This document shows positions 26,836 through 34,145 of a stretch of 64,000 bases of DNA, piece by piece. The first letter of the stretch is position 1. Each line of letters begins with the position of its first letter. The DNA is from an uncultured bacterium (GTDB lineage: Bacteria; CAZDME01; JAYEMH01): contig CAZDKO010000003.1 of assembly GCA_964506075.1 (NCBI GenBank), positions 1,510 to 65,509 on the forward strand, written 5' to 3'. A program made the translations under genes and the position numbers. The notes beneath the pieces were generated by a model that saw only the letters and a program-made list of their open reading frames with translations, was not told the origin of the DNA and ran no database searches.

Positions 26836-27714
26836 ATGAAGACATATCTGGATTGTATCCCCTGTTTTTTCCGTCAAGCGCTGGAAAGCGCCCGTTTATC
26901 CGGGGTGGATGAATTAAAGCAAAAAGAGGTTTTAAATGAACTGGCCCGGGCGTTACCTTCTATGTCTCTTGACAACAGTCCTCCGGAAATAGGGAGGTAT
27001 ATTTATAACCTGGTCAAAATCGTCACCGGGAATGATGACCCCTTTAAAAAATTAAAAAAGAAGAGTAATTATCTCTCTTTAGAGCTCTATCCGGAGCTTA
27101 AGGAAAAAATTAAAAATTCATCCGATAAGCTTTTGACCGCCTTAAGGTTAGCCATTGCCGGTAACGTCATAGACTACGGCGTGCCGACTTCATTTCAGCT
27201 TGATGAAGAACTGGAGAACATATTGCATAAAAAATTTGCTTTTTTTGATTATAAAGATTTTAAAAAAGAACTTCAAAAAACCGACCGGATTCTTTATCTG
27301 GCGGATAATGCCGGGGAAACCGTTTTTGACCGGCTTCTGATTGAAACACTCCGGGAATTTTTCGGGTGTTCCGGTAAAGAAATTATTTACGCCGTAAGAG
27401 GGCGGGCTATAATAAATGACGCTTTAATGGAGGATGCTTTAGATTGCGGGCTGGATAAGGTGGCTAAGGTGATATCGTCTGGTTCTGATGCGCCCGGGAC
27501 GATTCCAAAATATTGCTCAGAAGAATTTCAAAAGATTTATGAGCAAGCGGAATTTATCATCAGTAAAGGACAGGGAAATTTTGAAAGTCTGGAGGGGGAG
27601 AATAAATTAATATTTTTCCTGTTTAAAGCCAAGTGTTCAGTTATCGCCAGGGATATAAATTGCGAGGTGGGGGATATTATTCTAAAAAGGGGTGACGTTA
27701 ATGCCGATTTATGA
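26836..27714 (+). CDS. DUF89 / ARMT1-like damage-control phosphatase
   Basis: MKTYLDCIPCFFRQALE, GNDDPF, AGNVIDYG, KGQGNFESL and FFLFKAKC resemble archaeal and bacterial DUF89 proteins. Confidence 0.85.
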   Translation: MKTYLDCIPCFFRQALESARLSGVDELKQKEVLNELARALPSMSLDNSPPEIGRYIYNLVKIVTGNDDPFKKLKKKSNYLSLELYPELKEKIKNSSDKLLTALRLAIAGNVIDYGVPTSFQLDEELENILHKKFAFFDYKDFKKELQKTDRILYLADNAGETVFDRLLIETLREFFGCSGKEIIYAVRGRAIINDALMEDALDCGLDKVAKVISSGSDAPGTIPKYCSEEFQKIYEQAEFIISKGQGNFESLEGENKLIFFLFKAKCSVIARDINCEVGDIILKRGDVNADL

Positions 27715-27949
27715 ATATAGATGTGAAAATTGCGGTAAACTGAGCGAATTTCTTTTTGGTGTCGCCCGGGAAGAAGTTAAACTGGTCTGCGGGCATTGCG
27801 GCAGTGGCAAACTTCAGAAAATCTTTTCCAGAAATTTTGTTTCCAAAGGAGGAGATTCCAAACGTTTACCTGACTGCGGGACCTGTTGCAGCAGGGAAGG
27901 AGATTACAGTAAAGCACCTTGTTTTAATAACGGTATTTGCGGAAGATGA
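27701..27949 (+). CDS. FmdB-family zinc-ribbon protein with Cys-rich tail
   Basis: MPIYEYRCENCGK...CGHCGS is the classic CxxC...CxxC ribbon. I prefer the ATG at 27701, which overlaps the DUF89 gene by 14 nt. Confidence 0.8.
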   Translation: MPIYEYRCENCGKLSEFLFGVAREEVKLVCGHCGSGKLQKIFSRNFVSKGGDSKRLPDCGTCCSREGDYSKAPCFNNGICGR

Positions 27950-28605
27950 TTAAAGAAAATGTAAAAAGAATATTGGAAGAGTTGCCTCCGGGGGTTCAGT
28001 TAGTCGGGGCGGCCAAGGGACGAATGTCGCCGGAAATTTTAGAAGCCATAGAAGGGGGGCTTGAAATTGTCGGCGAAAATTATCTTCAGGAAGCTCTTCG
28101 GGCGTTTGAGGTTATAGGGGAAAAAGTGAAGTGGCATTTTATCGGCCATCTGCAAAAAAATAAGGTAAAAAAGGCGGTCAAGCTATTTGATTTGATAGAA
28201 ACGGTTGATTCCTTGGCCCTGGCTCAAGAAATTGATAAGGCTGCCGGAGACATCAATAAAGTTATGCCGATTTTAATTGAGGTAAATAGCGGCCAGGAAT
28301 CCCAGAAATTCGGGGTCATACCGGATGAAGTTGAAAAATTAATAAAAGATATCTCCGGATTCAGTCATATAAAGGTAATGGGCCTGATGACTATGGGACC
28401 TTTGGCGGGTGCGCCGGACGATTTCCGGCCGTATTTTTCAGAAACAAAAAAAACATTTGAAAAGATTAAATCTCTCAATCTCCCCAATGTGGAAATGAAA
28501 TATCTTTCTATGGGGATGAGTAATTCTTACCGGGTGGCTATTGAAGAAGGGGCAAATCTGGTCAGGATAGGGACGAAGATTTTTGGTGAGAGAAAAACTG
28601 GTTAA
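27946..28605 (+). CDS. yggS: YggS-family pyridoxal-phosphate homeostasis protein
   Basis: VQLVGAAKGR carries the PLP lysine. HFIGHLQKNKVK, LMTMGP and SMGMSNSY are also present. ATG 27946 overlaps the upstream TGA as an ATGA junction. Confidence 0.88.
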   Translation: MIKENVKRILEELPPGVQLVGAAKGRMSPEILEAIEGGLEIVGENYLQEALRAFEVIGEKVKWHFIGHLQKNKVKKAVKLFDLIETVDSLALAQEIDKAAGDINKVMPILIEVNSGQESQKFGVIPDEVEKLIKDISGFSHIKVMGLMTMGPLAGAPDDFRPYFSETKKTFEKIKSLNLPNVEMKYLSMGMSNSYRVAIEEGANLVRIGTKIFGERKTG

Positions 28606-28627
28606 TTGGTGATTGGTTAACTGGTTG

Positions 28628-28738
28628 TAAGGATTAAGGAGTAAGTATTAAGTAGAAAAAAATAAGTAAAATAATCACTTAATCCTTAGAGTGAGCGTAG
28701 CGAGCGTCTTAATCCTTAATTCTTTGTTTGTTTTTTTC
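28628..28738 (+). terminator. Possible intrinsic terminator formed by repeat copy B plus a T-rich tail
   Basis: The stem TAAGGATTAAG (28628-38) / CTTAATCCTTA (28708-18) is followed by ATTCTTTGTTTGTTTTTTT, with a T7 run at 28731-37. It lies downstream of the yggS stop. Confidence 0.4.
28678..28719 (+). repeat. 42-bp dispersed module, copy B
   Basis: CTTAATCCTTA-GAGTGAGCGTAGCGAGCGT-CTTAATCCTTAA. The partner arm TAAGGATTAAGGAGT at 28628-28642 can pair with either flank of the module. Confidence 0.9.
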
Positions 28739-28780
28739 ACTATTTACTGCTCACCACTCACCATTACACCGGAGGAACTT

Positions 28781-28993
28781 ATGCCAGAGTGTAAAATAGC
28801 CCAAAACAAAAAGAACTGCAATTGCAGTTACGAGCCCTGTTCCCGGAAAGGGGTTTGCTGCGAATGTCTTCAATACCACTGGCGTTCGGGAGAATTTCCG
28901 GCCTGTCTTTTCCCGGATGATGTAGAGCAGAGTTATGACCGGAGTATTGAAAGGTTTATCAGGACTTATCAGGAACGGGGACGATGGTGGTAG
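28781..28993 (+). CDS. Small cysteine-rich cytoplasmic protein of unknown function (DUF6485-like, tentative)
   Basis: The ATG at 28781 is preceded by GGAGGA at 28771-28776. The protein is 70 aa with 8 Cys in the first 42 residues ([26 protein letters not shown]...PAC). The ORF-track start at 28691 lies inside a repeat element. Confidence 0.6.
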   Translation: MPECKIAQNKKNCNCSYEPCSRKGVCCECLQYHWRSGEFPACLFPDDVEQSYDRSIERFIRTYQERGRWW

Positions 28994-29040
28994 AGATTTT
29001 TAAAATCCCCCCGCTGCTTTCCTCCCTTTTTATAAACTTC

Positions 29041-29069
29041 TTGACAGATGGCTATGTTTAATTTATAAT
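29041..29069 (+). promoter_or_regulatory. Consensus sigma-70-type promoter upstream of fur-feoAB
   Basis: TTGACA (29041-29046), an exact 17-bp spacer, and TATAAT (29064-29069). It lies about 50 nt upstream of the fur ATG. Confidence 0.65.
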
Positions 29070-29088
29070 TGAGACTTAGTATCAATTA
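29066..29088 (+). promoter_or_regulatory. Candidate Fur operator (palindrome overlapping the -10)
   Basis: TAATTGA (29066-29072), a 9-nt spacer, and TCAATTA (29082-29088) form a perfect 7-bp inverted repeat. It overlaps the -10 hexamer and the predicted transcription start. Confidence 0.45.
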
Positions 29089-29118
29089 CCTGAAGTAACT
29101 TACCATTCCGGAGTTAAA

Positions 29119-29547
29119 ATGAAGGATTCAGTTGCTATTTTTAAAGACTATTTAAAATCAAAGCGTTTAAAGGTCACGCCGGAAAGAGAAATAATAATCA
29201 GAGCGATTCTATCGCTGGGAAAACATTTTGCGGCTGATGAATTGCTGGTGAAACTGAGGGAAAATAAAAGTAAAATTGGCCGGGCGTCAATCTACCGGAC
29301 TTTAAAAATTCTGGTGGACAGCGGCATTTTAAGGCCGGTTATTTTTACCGACAGACACCTTCATTACGAACAGATGATCGGGAAAAAGCATCATTCCCAT
29401 CTTATTTGTCTCCAGTGCGGCAAGGTGATTGAATTTACGAGCCCCAGGATATTGGCGGAGTTGCATAAAGCCTATAAGGGATATAATTTCAGAGAAACTG
29501 ATCATAAAGTTGAAGCCACCGGATATTGTAAAGAATGTCACCCATAA
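29119..29547 (+). CDS. fur: Fur-family metal-responsive transcriptional regulator
   Basis: A winged-helix N-terminus (ASIYRTLKILVDSGIL), a HHSHLICLQCGKVIEF motif and a C-terminal CKEC. It is followed by feoAB. Confidence 0.88.
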   Translation: MKDSVAIFKDYLKSKRLKVTPEREIIIRAILSLGKHFAADELLVKLRENKSKIGRASIYRTLKILVDSGILRPVIFTDRHLHYEQMIGKKHHSHLICLQCGKVIEFTSPRILAELHKAYKGYNFRETDHKVEATGYCKECHP

Positions 29548-29566
29548 CCTTAAAGACGATTTTATA

Positions 29567-29803
29567 ATGAAAGATAAAATTTTACCTCTAACGATGATAA
29601 AACCAGGAAAACAGGTTAAGCTTATCGCCATTTCTGGAGGGACGGGCTTAAGAGGAAGACTTAACGATATGGGGTTAAACGAGGGGATTAATTTTAAATT
29701 ACTGCACTCATACCATTCCGGTCCTTGCATTGTTTACTTTAACGGCACCAGATTAGTGCTCGGACAGGGCATGGCCAATAAGATATTGGTGGAAGAAATA
29801 TAG
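29567..29803 (+). CDS. feoA: Ferrous iron transport protein FeoA
   Basis: An SH3-like FeoA sequence of 78 aa (LTMIKPGKQVKLIAISGGTGLRGRLNDMGLNEG). I prefer the ATG at 29567. The ORF-track start at 29429 would overlap fur. Confidence 0.85.
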   Translation: MKDKILPLTMIKPGKQVKLIAISGGTGLRGRLNDMGLNEGINFKLLHSYHSGPCIVYFNGTRLVLGQGMANKILVEEI

Positions 29804-29867
29804 ATAAAAGGAATAAGTAGTAAGAATTAAGGATTAAGGAGTGAGAAACAGTACTATAAAATACCTG

Positions 29868-29909
29868 CTTAATTCTGAGAGCGAACAACATGAGCGTCTT
29901 AATTCTTAA
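29868..29909 (+). repeat. 42-bp dispersed module, copy C (diverged)
   Basis: CTTAATTCTGAGAGCGAACAACATGAGCGTCTTAATTCTTAA aligns without gaps to copy B at 32/42 and to the reverse complement of copy A at 34/42. The left partner contains the same 15-mer, TAAGGATTAAGGAGT, at 29828-29842. The outer stem 29821-29831 / 29898-29908 is 11/11. Confidence 0.8.
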
Positions 29910-29957
29910 CCCTGAGACTTAATTTTTTTTCTTTTGATTAACGAGGATGATTAAATA

Positions 29958-32096
29958 ATGAAAAAATTAACCGTGGCTTTAGCCGGGAATCCTAATTCAG
30001 GGAAAACCACTATTTTTAATAGTTTGACGGGTGAACGTCAACACGTAGGTAACTATCCGGGAGTTACGGTCGAAAAAATAGAGGGCAATTTAAAATACGA
30101 TGGCTATGATATAGAGTTGGTTGACTTGCCCGGAACCTATAGTTTGAACGCTTATTCTCTTGATGAAATCATTGCTCGGGAGTTTATTCTTAATGAGAAA
30201 CCCGATATAGTAATTAATATTATTGATCTTTCAAATCTGGAAAGGAATTTATATCTGACCACCCAATTGAAAGAATTGGACCTCCCCTTGATTTTAGTTT
30301 TTAACATGGCTGATTTATCGGAAAAGTGCGGTTTAAGCATTGATAAAAAAAGATTAAGCGAACTTCTCGGGGTCCCGATTGTTTTAACCGTGGCCACCAA
30401 AAAAAAGGGCATGGATAAGCTGCTGGAGGCGATTGTTAAAATGGCCGAAGGAAAGACAAAGCTTCCCGAGACAACGGTTCATTATGGGCAGGAAATAGAA
30501 GAGGACATAGAGAAGTTAAAGGCGGTCATCAGTCAAGATGATAGTTTAACCGCCAGATACCCGGTTCGCTGGTTGGCCCTTAAGCTTTTGGAGAATGACA
30601 GAGAAGTAATGAAGAAGATAAAAGAAAGCCCCAGGGAAAAAGAAATACTGGAGTTGGCGGGGAAAAGTATTGTCCGGCTTAAAGGAATTTTTGGGGACGA
30701 GGTAGAAGCTCTTATTACTGATTATCGATATGGATTTATCAGCGGGGCCTGCAGTGAAGCCGTTATTAAAACCTGTGAGCTCCGGCATACTATTTCAGAT
30801 CAAATAGATAGGGTCCTGCTTAACCGTATCCTGGGAATACCTATTTTCCTGGTGATGATATGGTTGATGTTTAAGTTTACCTTTGAGTTCAGCCGGCCGA
30901 TGGTGATATGGATTGAAATCGGCCAGAGATGGTTAGGAAATTTTATTACCGCGTTATTAGCGGACGGCAGCGTTTTTCAATCTCTGGCGGTTGACGGCCT
31001 TATTGGCGGTGTAGGGGCAGTTTTAACCTTTGTGCCGATTATTTTTCTTCTATATTTAGCCATAGCTATCCTTGAAGATTCCGGATATTTAGCCAGGGTC
31101 GCTTTTATTACCGATAAATTTATGCATAAAATCGGATTGCATGGTCGTTCCTGCATCCCTATGCTTTTGGGTTTTGGCTGTAATATTCCTGCTATTTTAG
31201 CGACCCGGACGATTGAAGATAAGAAGGATAGACTGGTAACCATTCTGGTGAATCCCTTTATGAGTTGCGGGGCCAGGCTTCCTGTTTATACTCTTTTAAT
31301 CGGTGTTTTTTTTGATAAGAAGATTGCCGGAAACATTTTATTTTCTCTTTATTTAATAGGGATAGTAACGGCTATCGCCGTAGCTAAATTATTTCGTAAA
31401 TATCTTTTTAAAGGGGAAGCGCACCCTTTTGTAATGGAACTTCCTCCTTATCGTTTACCCGCTTTTAAAGGACTTTTAGTTCACACTTTAAGAAAGATAT
31501 CTCTTTATTTAAAAAAAGCCGGAACCATTATTTTTGCCGGATGCGTAATCGTCTGGTTTTTAAGTAACTTTCCCTGGCCGTCTCCCGGAGATTATAATGT
31601 TTTTGTTGACGGCGTCGGACAGAATGAAGGGGTGGTTAACCGGGCTGAAGAAGACAAAACTTACGAGAGGCTCAAAAAAAGTTATGCCGGCAATATCGGC
31701 CGGGGTATTGCGCCGGCGCTTAAACCGCTGGGTTTTGGCGATTGGAAGATTGCGGTCGCTCTAATCGGAGGGTTGGCCGGTAAGGAAATTATTGTCGGGA
31801 CATTGGGAACTCTTTATGCGGTAAATGAAAAAGGTGAAAAATCTTTAAGTTTACGTCAGTCACTTCAGGAAGAAAGGGCGAGCGACGGAACAAAGATTTA
31901 TAATCCTTTGTCCGCGTATAGTTTGATGGTTTTTATCCTTCTTTATGTTCCCTGTATAGGAACGCTGGCGGTGATAAAGAAAGAAACTCACTCCTGGCAC
32001 TGGCCGTTATTTGTGATAATTTATACGGCGGCTTTAGCTTGGATAATTTCTTTTGTTGTTTACCAGGGGGGGAAATTTTTAGGGTTTGGATTGTAA
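29958..32096 (+). CDS. feoB: Ferrous iron transporter FeoB
   Basis: An N-terminal G-domain (VALAGNPNSGKTTIFNSLTG, DLPGTYSL, NMAD) followed by a polytopic membrane domain. It is 712 aa. Confidence 0.95.
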   Translation: MKKLTVALAGNPNSGKTTIFNSLTGERQHVGNYPGVTVEKIEGNLKYDGYDIELVDLPGTYSLNAYSLDEIIAREFILNEKPDIVINIIDLSNLERNLYLTTQLKELDLPLILVFNMADLSEKCGLSIDKKRLSELLGVPIVLTVATKKKGMDKLLEAIVKMAEGKTKLPETTVHYGQEIEEDIEKLKAVISQDDSLTARYPVRWLALKLLENDREVMKKIKESPREKEILELAGKSIVRLKGIFGDEVEALITDYRYGFISGACSEAVIKTCELRHTISDQIDRVLLNRILGIPIFLVMIWLMFKFTFEFSRPMVIWIEIGQRWLGNFITALLADGSVFQSLAVDGLIGGVGAVLTFVPIIFLLYLAIAILEDSGYLARVAFITDKFMHKIGLHGRSCIPMLLGFGCNIPAILATRTIEDKKDRLVTILVNPFMSCGARLPVYTLLIGVFFDKKIAGNILFSLYLIGIVTAIAVAKLFRKYLFKGEAHPFVMELPPYRLPAFKGLLVHTLRKISLYLKKAGTIIFAGCVIVWFLSNFPWPSPGDYNVFVDGVGQNEGVVNRAEEDKTYERLKKSYAGNIGRGIAPALKPLGFGDWKIAVALIGGLAGKEIIVGTLGTLYAVNEKGEKSLSLRQSLQEERASDGTKIYNPLSAYSLMVFILLYVPCIGTLAVIKKETHSWHWPLFVIIYTAALAWIISFVVYQGGKFLGFGL

Positions 32097-32121
32097 ACTC
32101 TAAGTTAGAGGAGGTTGAATA

Positions 32122-32730
32122 ATGTTTAAATTAATAGCTGAGGAGTTAAGGCATCACGCTCCTTTTACGGTTTTTGGAGCGGTTACCGGGATTATTATAA
32201 TGTTAATTTTTAAAAATTTACCCTCTAAAATTGCCTACAACATATTTTACGTTCTTCATCCAACCCACGTTCTTTTAAGCGCCCTGGTTACCGCTTCTAT
32301 GTACAGTCTTCATAAAGCCGAAAAGTTCAAAGGGAAGTATAGTGTGATTATTCTATTAATTGTCGGTTATCTGGGTTCGGTGGGAATAGCTACTTTAAGC
32401 GACTCGGTGATTCCGTATTTAGGTGAAAGTTTGCTTAAGCTTCCTAATAGAGAAGTACATCTGGGTTTTATTGAAGAATGGTGGTTAATTAATCCTATGG
32501 CGCTCCTGGGTATAGCTATAGCTTATTTCAAACCGACAACCAGGTTTCCGCACGCCGGGCACGTTTTGATAAGCACCTGGGCTTCTCTTTTTCATATCCT
32601 TATGGCCATAGGGGGAAATTTAACCTGGTTTTCTTATGCCGTTGTCCTTTTATTTCTTTTTCTGGCGGTTTGGTTCCCCTGTTGTTTAAGCGATATCGTT
32701 TTCCCTTTATTTTTTGTTAAAGAGAAATAA
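32122..32730 (+). CDS. Polytopic (about 6 TM) His-rich membrane protein of unknown function, feoB-linked
   Basis: There are six hydrophobic segments. Histidines occur at segment edges (RHH, HPTH, FPHAGH, LFH). It starts 25 nt after feoB with GGAGG upstream. I recognise no family. Confidence 0.5.
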   Translation: MFKLIAEELRHHAPFTVFGAVTGIIIMLIFKNLPSKIAYNIFYVLHPTHVLLSALVTASMYSLHKAEKFKGKYSVIILLIVGYLGSVGIATLSDSVIPYLGESLLKLPNREVHLGFIEEWWLINPMALLGIAIAYFKPTTRFPHAGHVLISTWASLFHILMAIGGNLTWFSYAVVLLFLFLAVWFPCCLSDIVFPLFFVKEK

Positions 32731-32737
32731 AAGAGTA

Positions 32738-32789
32738 TCCACCTTGATATTTTAAAATCTTGCAAGAGCAATTCCACCGTGATATTATA
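32738..32789 (+). promoter_or_regulatory. Duplicated extended -10-like element / promoter upstream of GT9 paralog 5
   Basis: TCCACCTTGATATTTTA (32738-32754) and TCCACCGTGATATTATA (32773-32789) match at 15/17. The second copy gives TTGCAA (32760-65), a 17-bp spacer, and TATTAT (32783-88) with TG at -15/-14. Confidence 0.45.
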
Positions 32790-32831
32790 CCGCTTCTATA
32801 GGATAGATAAATTTAACAAAGGAGAAATCAG

Positions 32832-33920
32832 TTGTTTCGTTTTAAAGCAGAACGTATTTTAATCGCTAACCCCTACGGGATTGGCGATGTTCTTTTTACC
32901 ACTCCTTTAATAAGTACCTTAAAAAAACATTTTCCCTCCAGTTATATTGCTTTTCTGGTTGGTTCCCGGACTAAAGAGGTTTTATCAGCCAATCCGGATA
33001 TAGATGAGATTTTTGTTTTTGACCGCGACGCTTCCCGGCAAAAAAACAAAATAGAAGCTTACCGGGAAGTTTTTAAACTTATGAATACCTTGCGGAGAAA
33101 AAATTTTGACCTGTTTTTTGACTTCTCCAATACCTCTCAGTATGGTTTTCTGTCCTTTGTTTTAGGAATTAAATGGCGGCTTGGCTTTAATTATAAGAAC
33201 AGAGGAAGATTCTTGAATCATAAGATGCCGCTTGACGGCTTTGAAAAAAAACACGTCATTGAATATTATTTAAGTCTGCTGGATTTTTTGCCGGTAAAAA
33301 TAGAAAAGGATAGAAAAACTAAATTTTACTTGTCTAAAGAGGCAGAAGAATGGGCAGATAAATTTTTTAATGATAATGGATTGAACGGAAATATGGTTAT
33401 TGGAATTCATCCCGGGGGAGGGGCGAGCTGGGCGAAGATGGCCCGTTTTAAATGGTGGGATAAGGAAAGATTTATTACCCTGGCTAAAACTTTAATAAAT
33501 GAGTATCAACTTAAAATATTATTATTCTCCGAACCTGAAAGAGAAGAAGAGATAATGATTAATAAAAAAGAGTTGAATGATAAAAATTTCATTTTCCCCG
33601 TAAACTTAAGCTTAACTCAATTTGCGGCTTTAATTAAAAGGTGCCGCTTGCTTATTTCAAATGAGGGCGGGCCTTTCCAGATTGCCGTAGCTTTAGAGAC
33701 GCCGACCGTTTCGATTTACGGCCCCGTATCAGAAATTGTTTATGGCCCTTATCCGCCGGCGGAAATTCATCAAGTAGTGACTAAAGGGTTGGATTGTCAG
33801 CCTTGTTACCGGAGTTTTTGTTTTAAGCCCTGTAGCCACCGTAGATGTCTGGATGAACTTACCGGGGCGGAGGTTTTAGCCAAAGTGAAAAAGGTAATGG
33901 ATAATAAGCCGAAAGGTTAA
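32832..33920 (+). CDS. GT9 heptosyltransferase-family protein (paralog 5)
   Basis: TTG start with AAAGGAG upstream. ILIANPYGIGDVLFTTPLISTLKKHFP, SNEGGPFQIAVAL and CQPCYRSFCFKPCSHRRC. Confidence 0.82.
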   Translation: MFRFKAERILIANPYGIGDVLFTTPLISTLKKHFPSSYIAFLVGSRTKEVLSANPDIDEIFVFDRDASRQKNKIEAYREVFKLMNTLRRKNFDLFFDFSNTSQYGFLSFVLGIKWRLGFNYKNRGRFLNHKMPLDGFEKKHVIEYYLSLLDFLPVKIEKDRKTKFYLSKEAEEWADKFFNDNGLNGNMVIGIHPGGGASWAKMARFKWWDKERFITLAKTLINEYQLKILLFSEPEREEEIMINKKELNDKNFIFPVNLSLTQFAALIKRCRLLISNEGGPFQIAVALETPTVSIYGPVSEIVYGPYPPAEIHQVVTKGLDCQPCYRSFCFKPCSHRRCLDELTGAEVLAKVKKVMDNKPKG

Positions 33921-34145
33921 AATACCGGGTGAGCCATAGAGAAAGAAACGGGTATATTCTATTAGCATAGAAGAAGAAAAAATTTACAAAAATAAATCCC
34001 TTCCTGAAATTTTGGCTGGAAATGGTTTTCTAAATATGATACACTAATAAAACATCCCTATTTTATTTTAAAAGGCATACATATTTAATTCCGTAAGTTT
34101 AAAAGCCTTTATATAAGCTATTTATCTCGGAAGGAAATAAAAAAT

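Noticed and set aside
27756-27953. A 65-aa plus-strand ORF overlapping the zinc-ribbon gene in another frame.
   Set aside because: The FmdB-type frame carries the canonical MPIYEYRCENCG...CGHCG ribbon. The alternate frame has no motif and no independent start signal.
29429-29566. The long N-terminal extension of feoA in the ORF track, and similar extensions at 23737-23772, 41679-41723, 52554-52586, 47271-47294 and 61293-61298.
   Set aside because: The extensions overlap the preceding gene and are not part of the conserved domain. Internal starts sit at stop/start junctions or behind SD sequences.
18009-29909. The three 42-bp modules considered as a CRISPR array or remnant.
   Set aside because: The copies are 10 kb and 1.1 kb apart, one is inverted, there is no regular repeat-spacer periodicity, and no cas genes are present. 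They fit a REP/MITE-like dispersed element instead.
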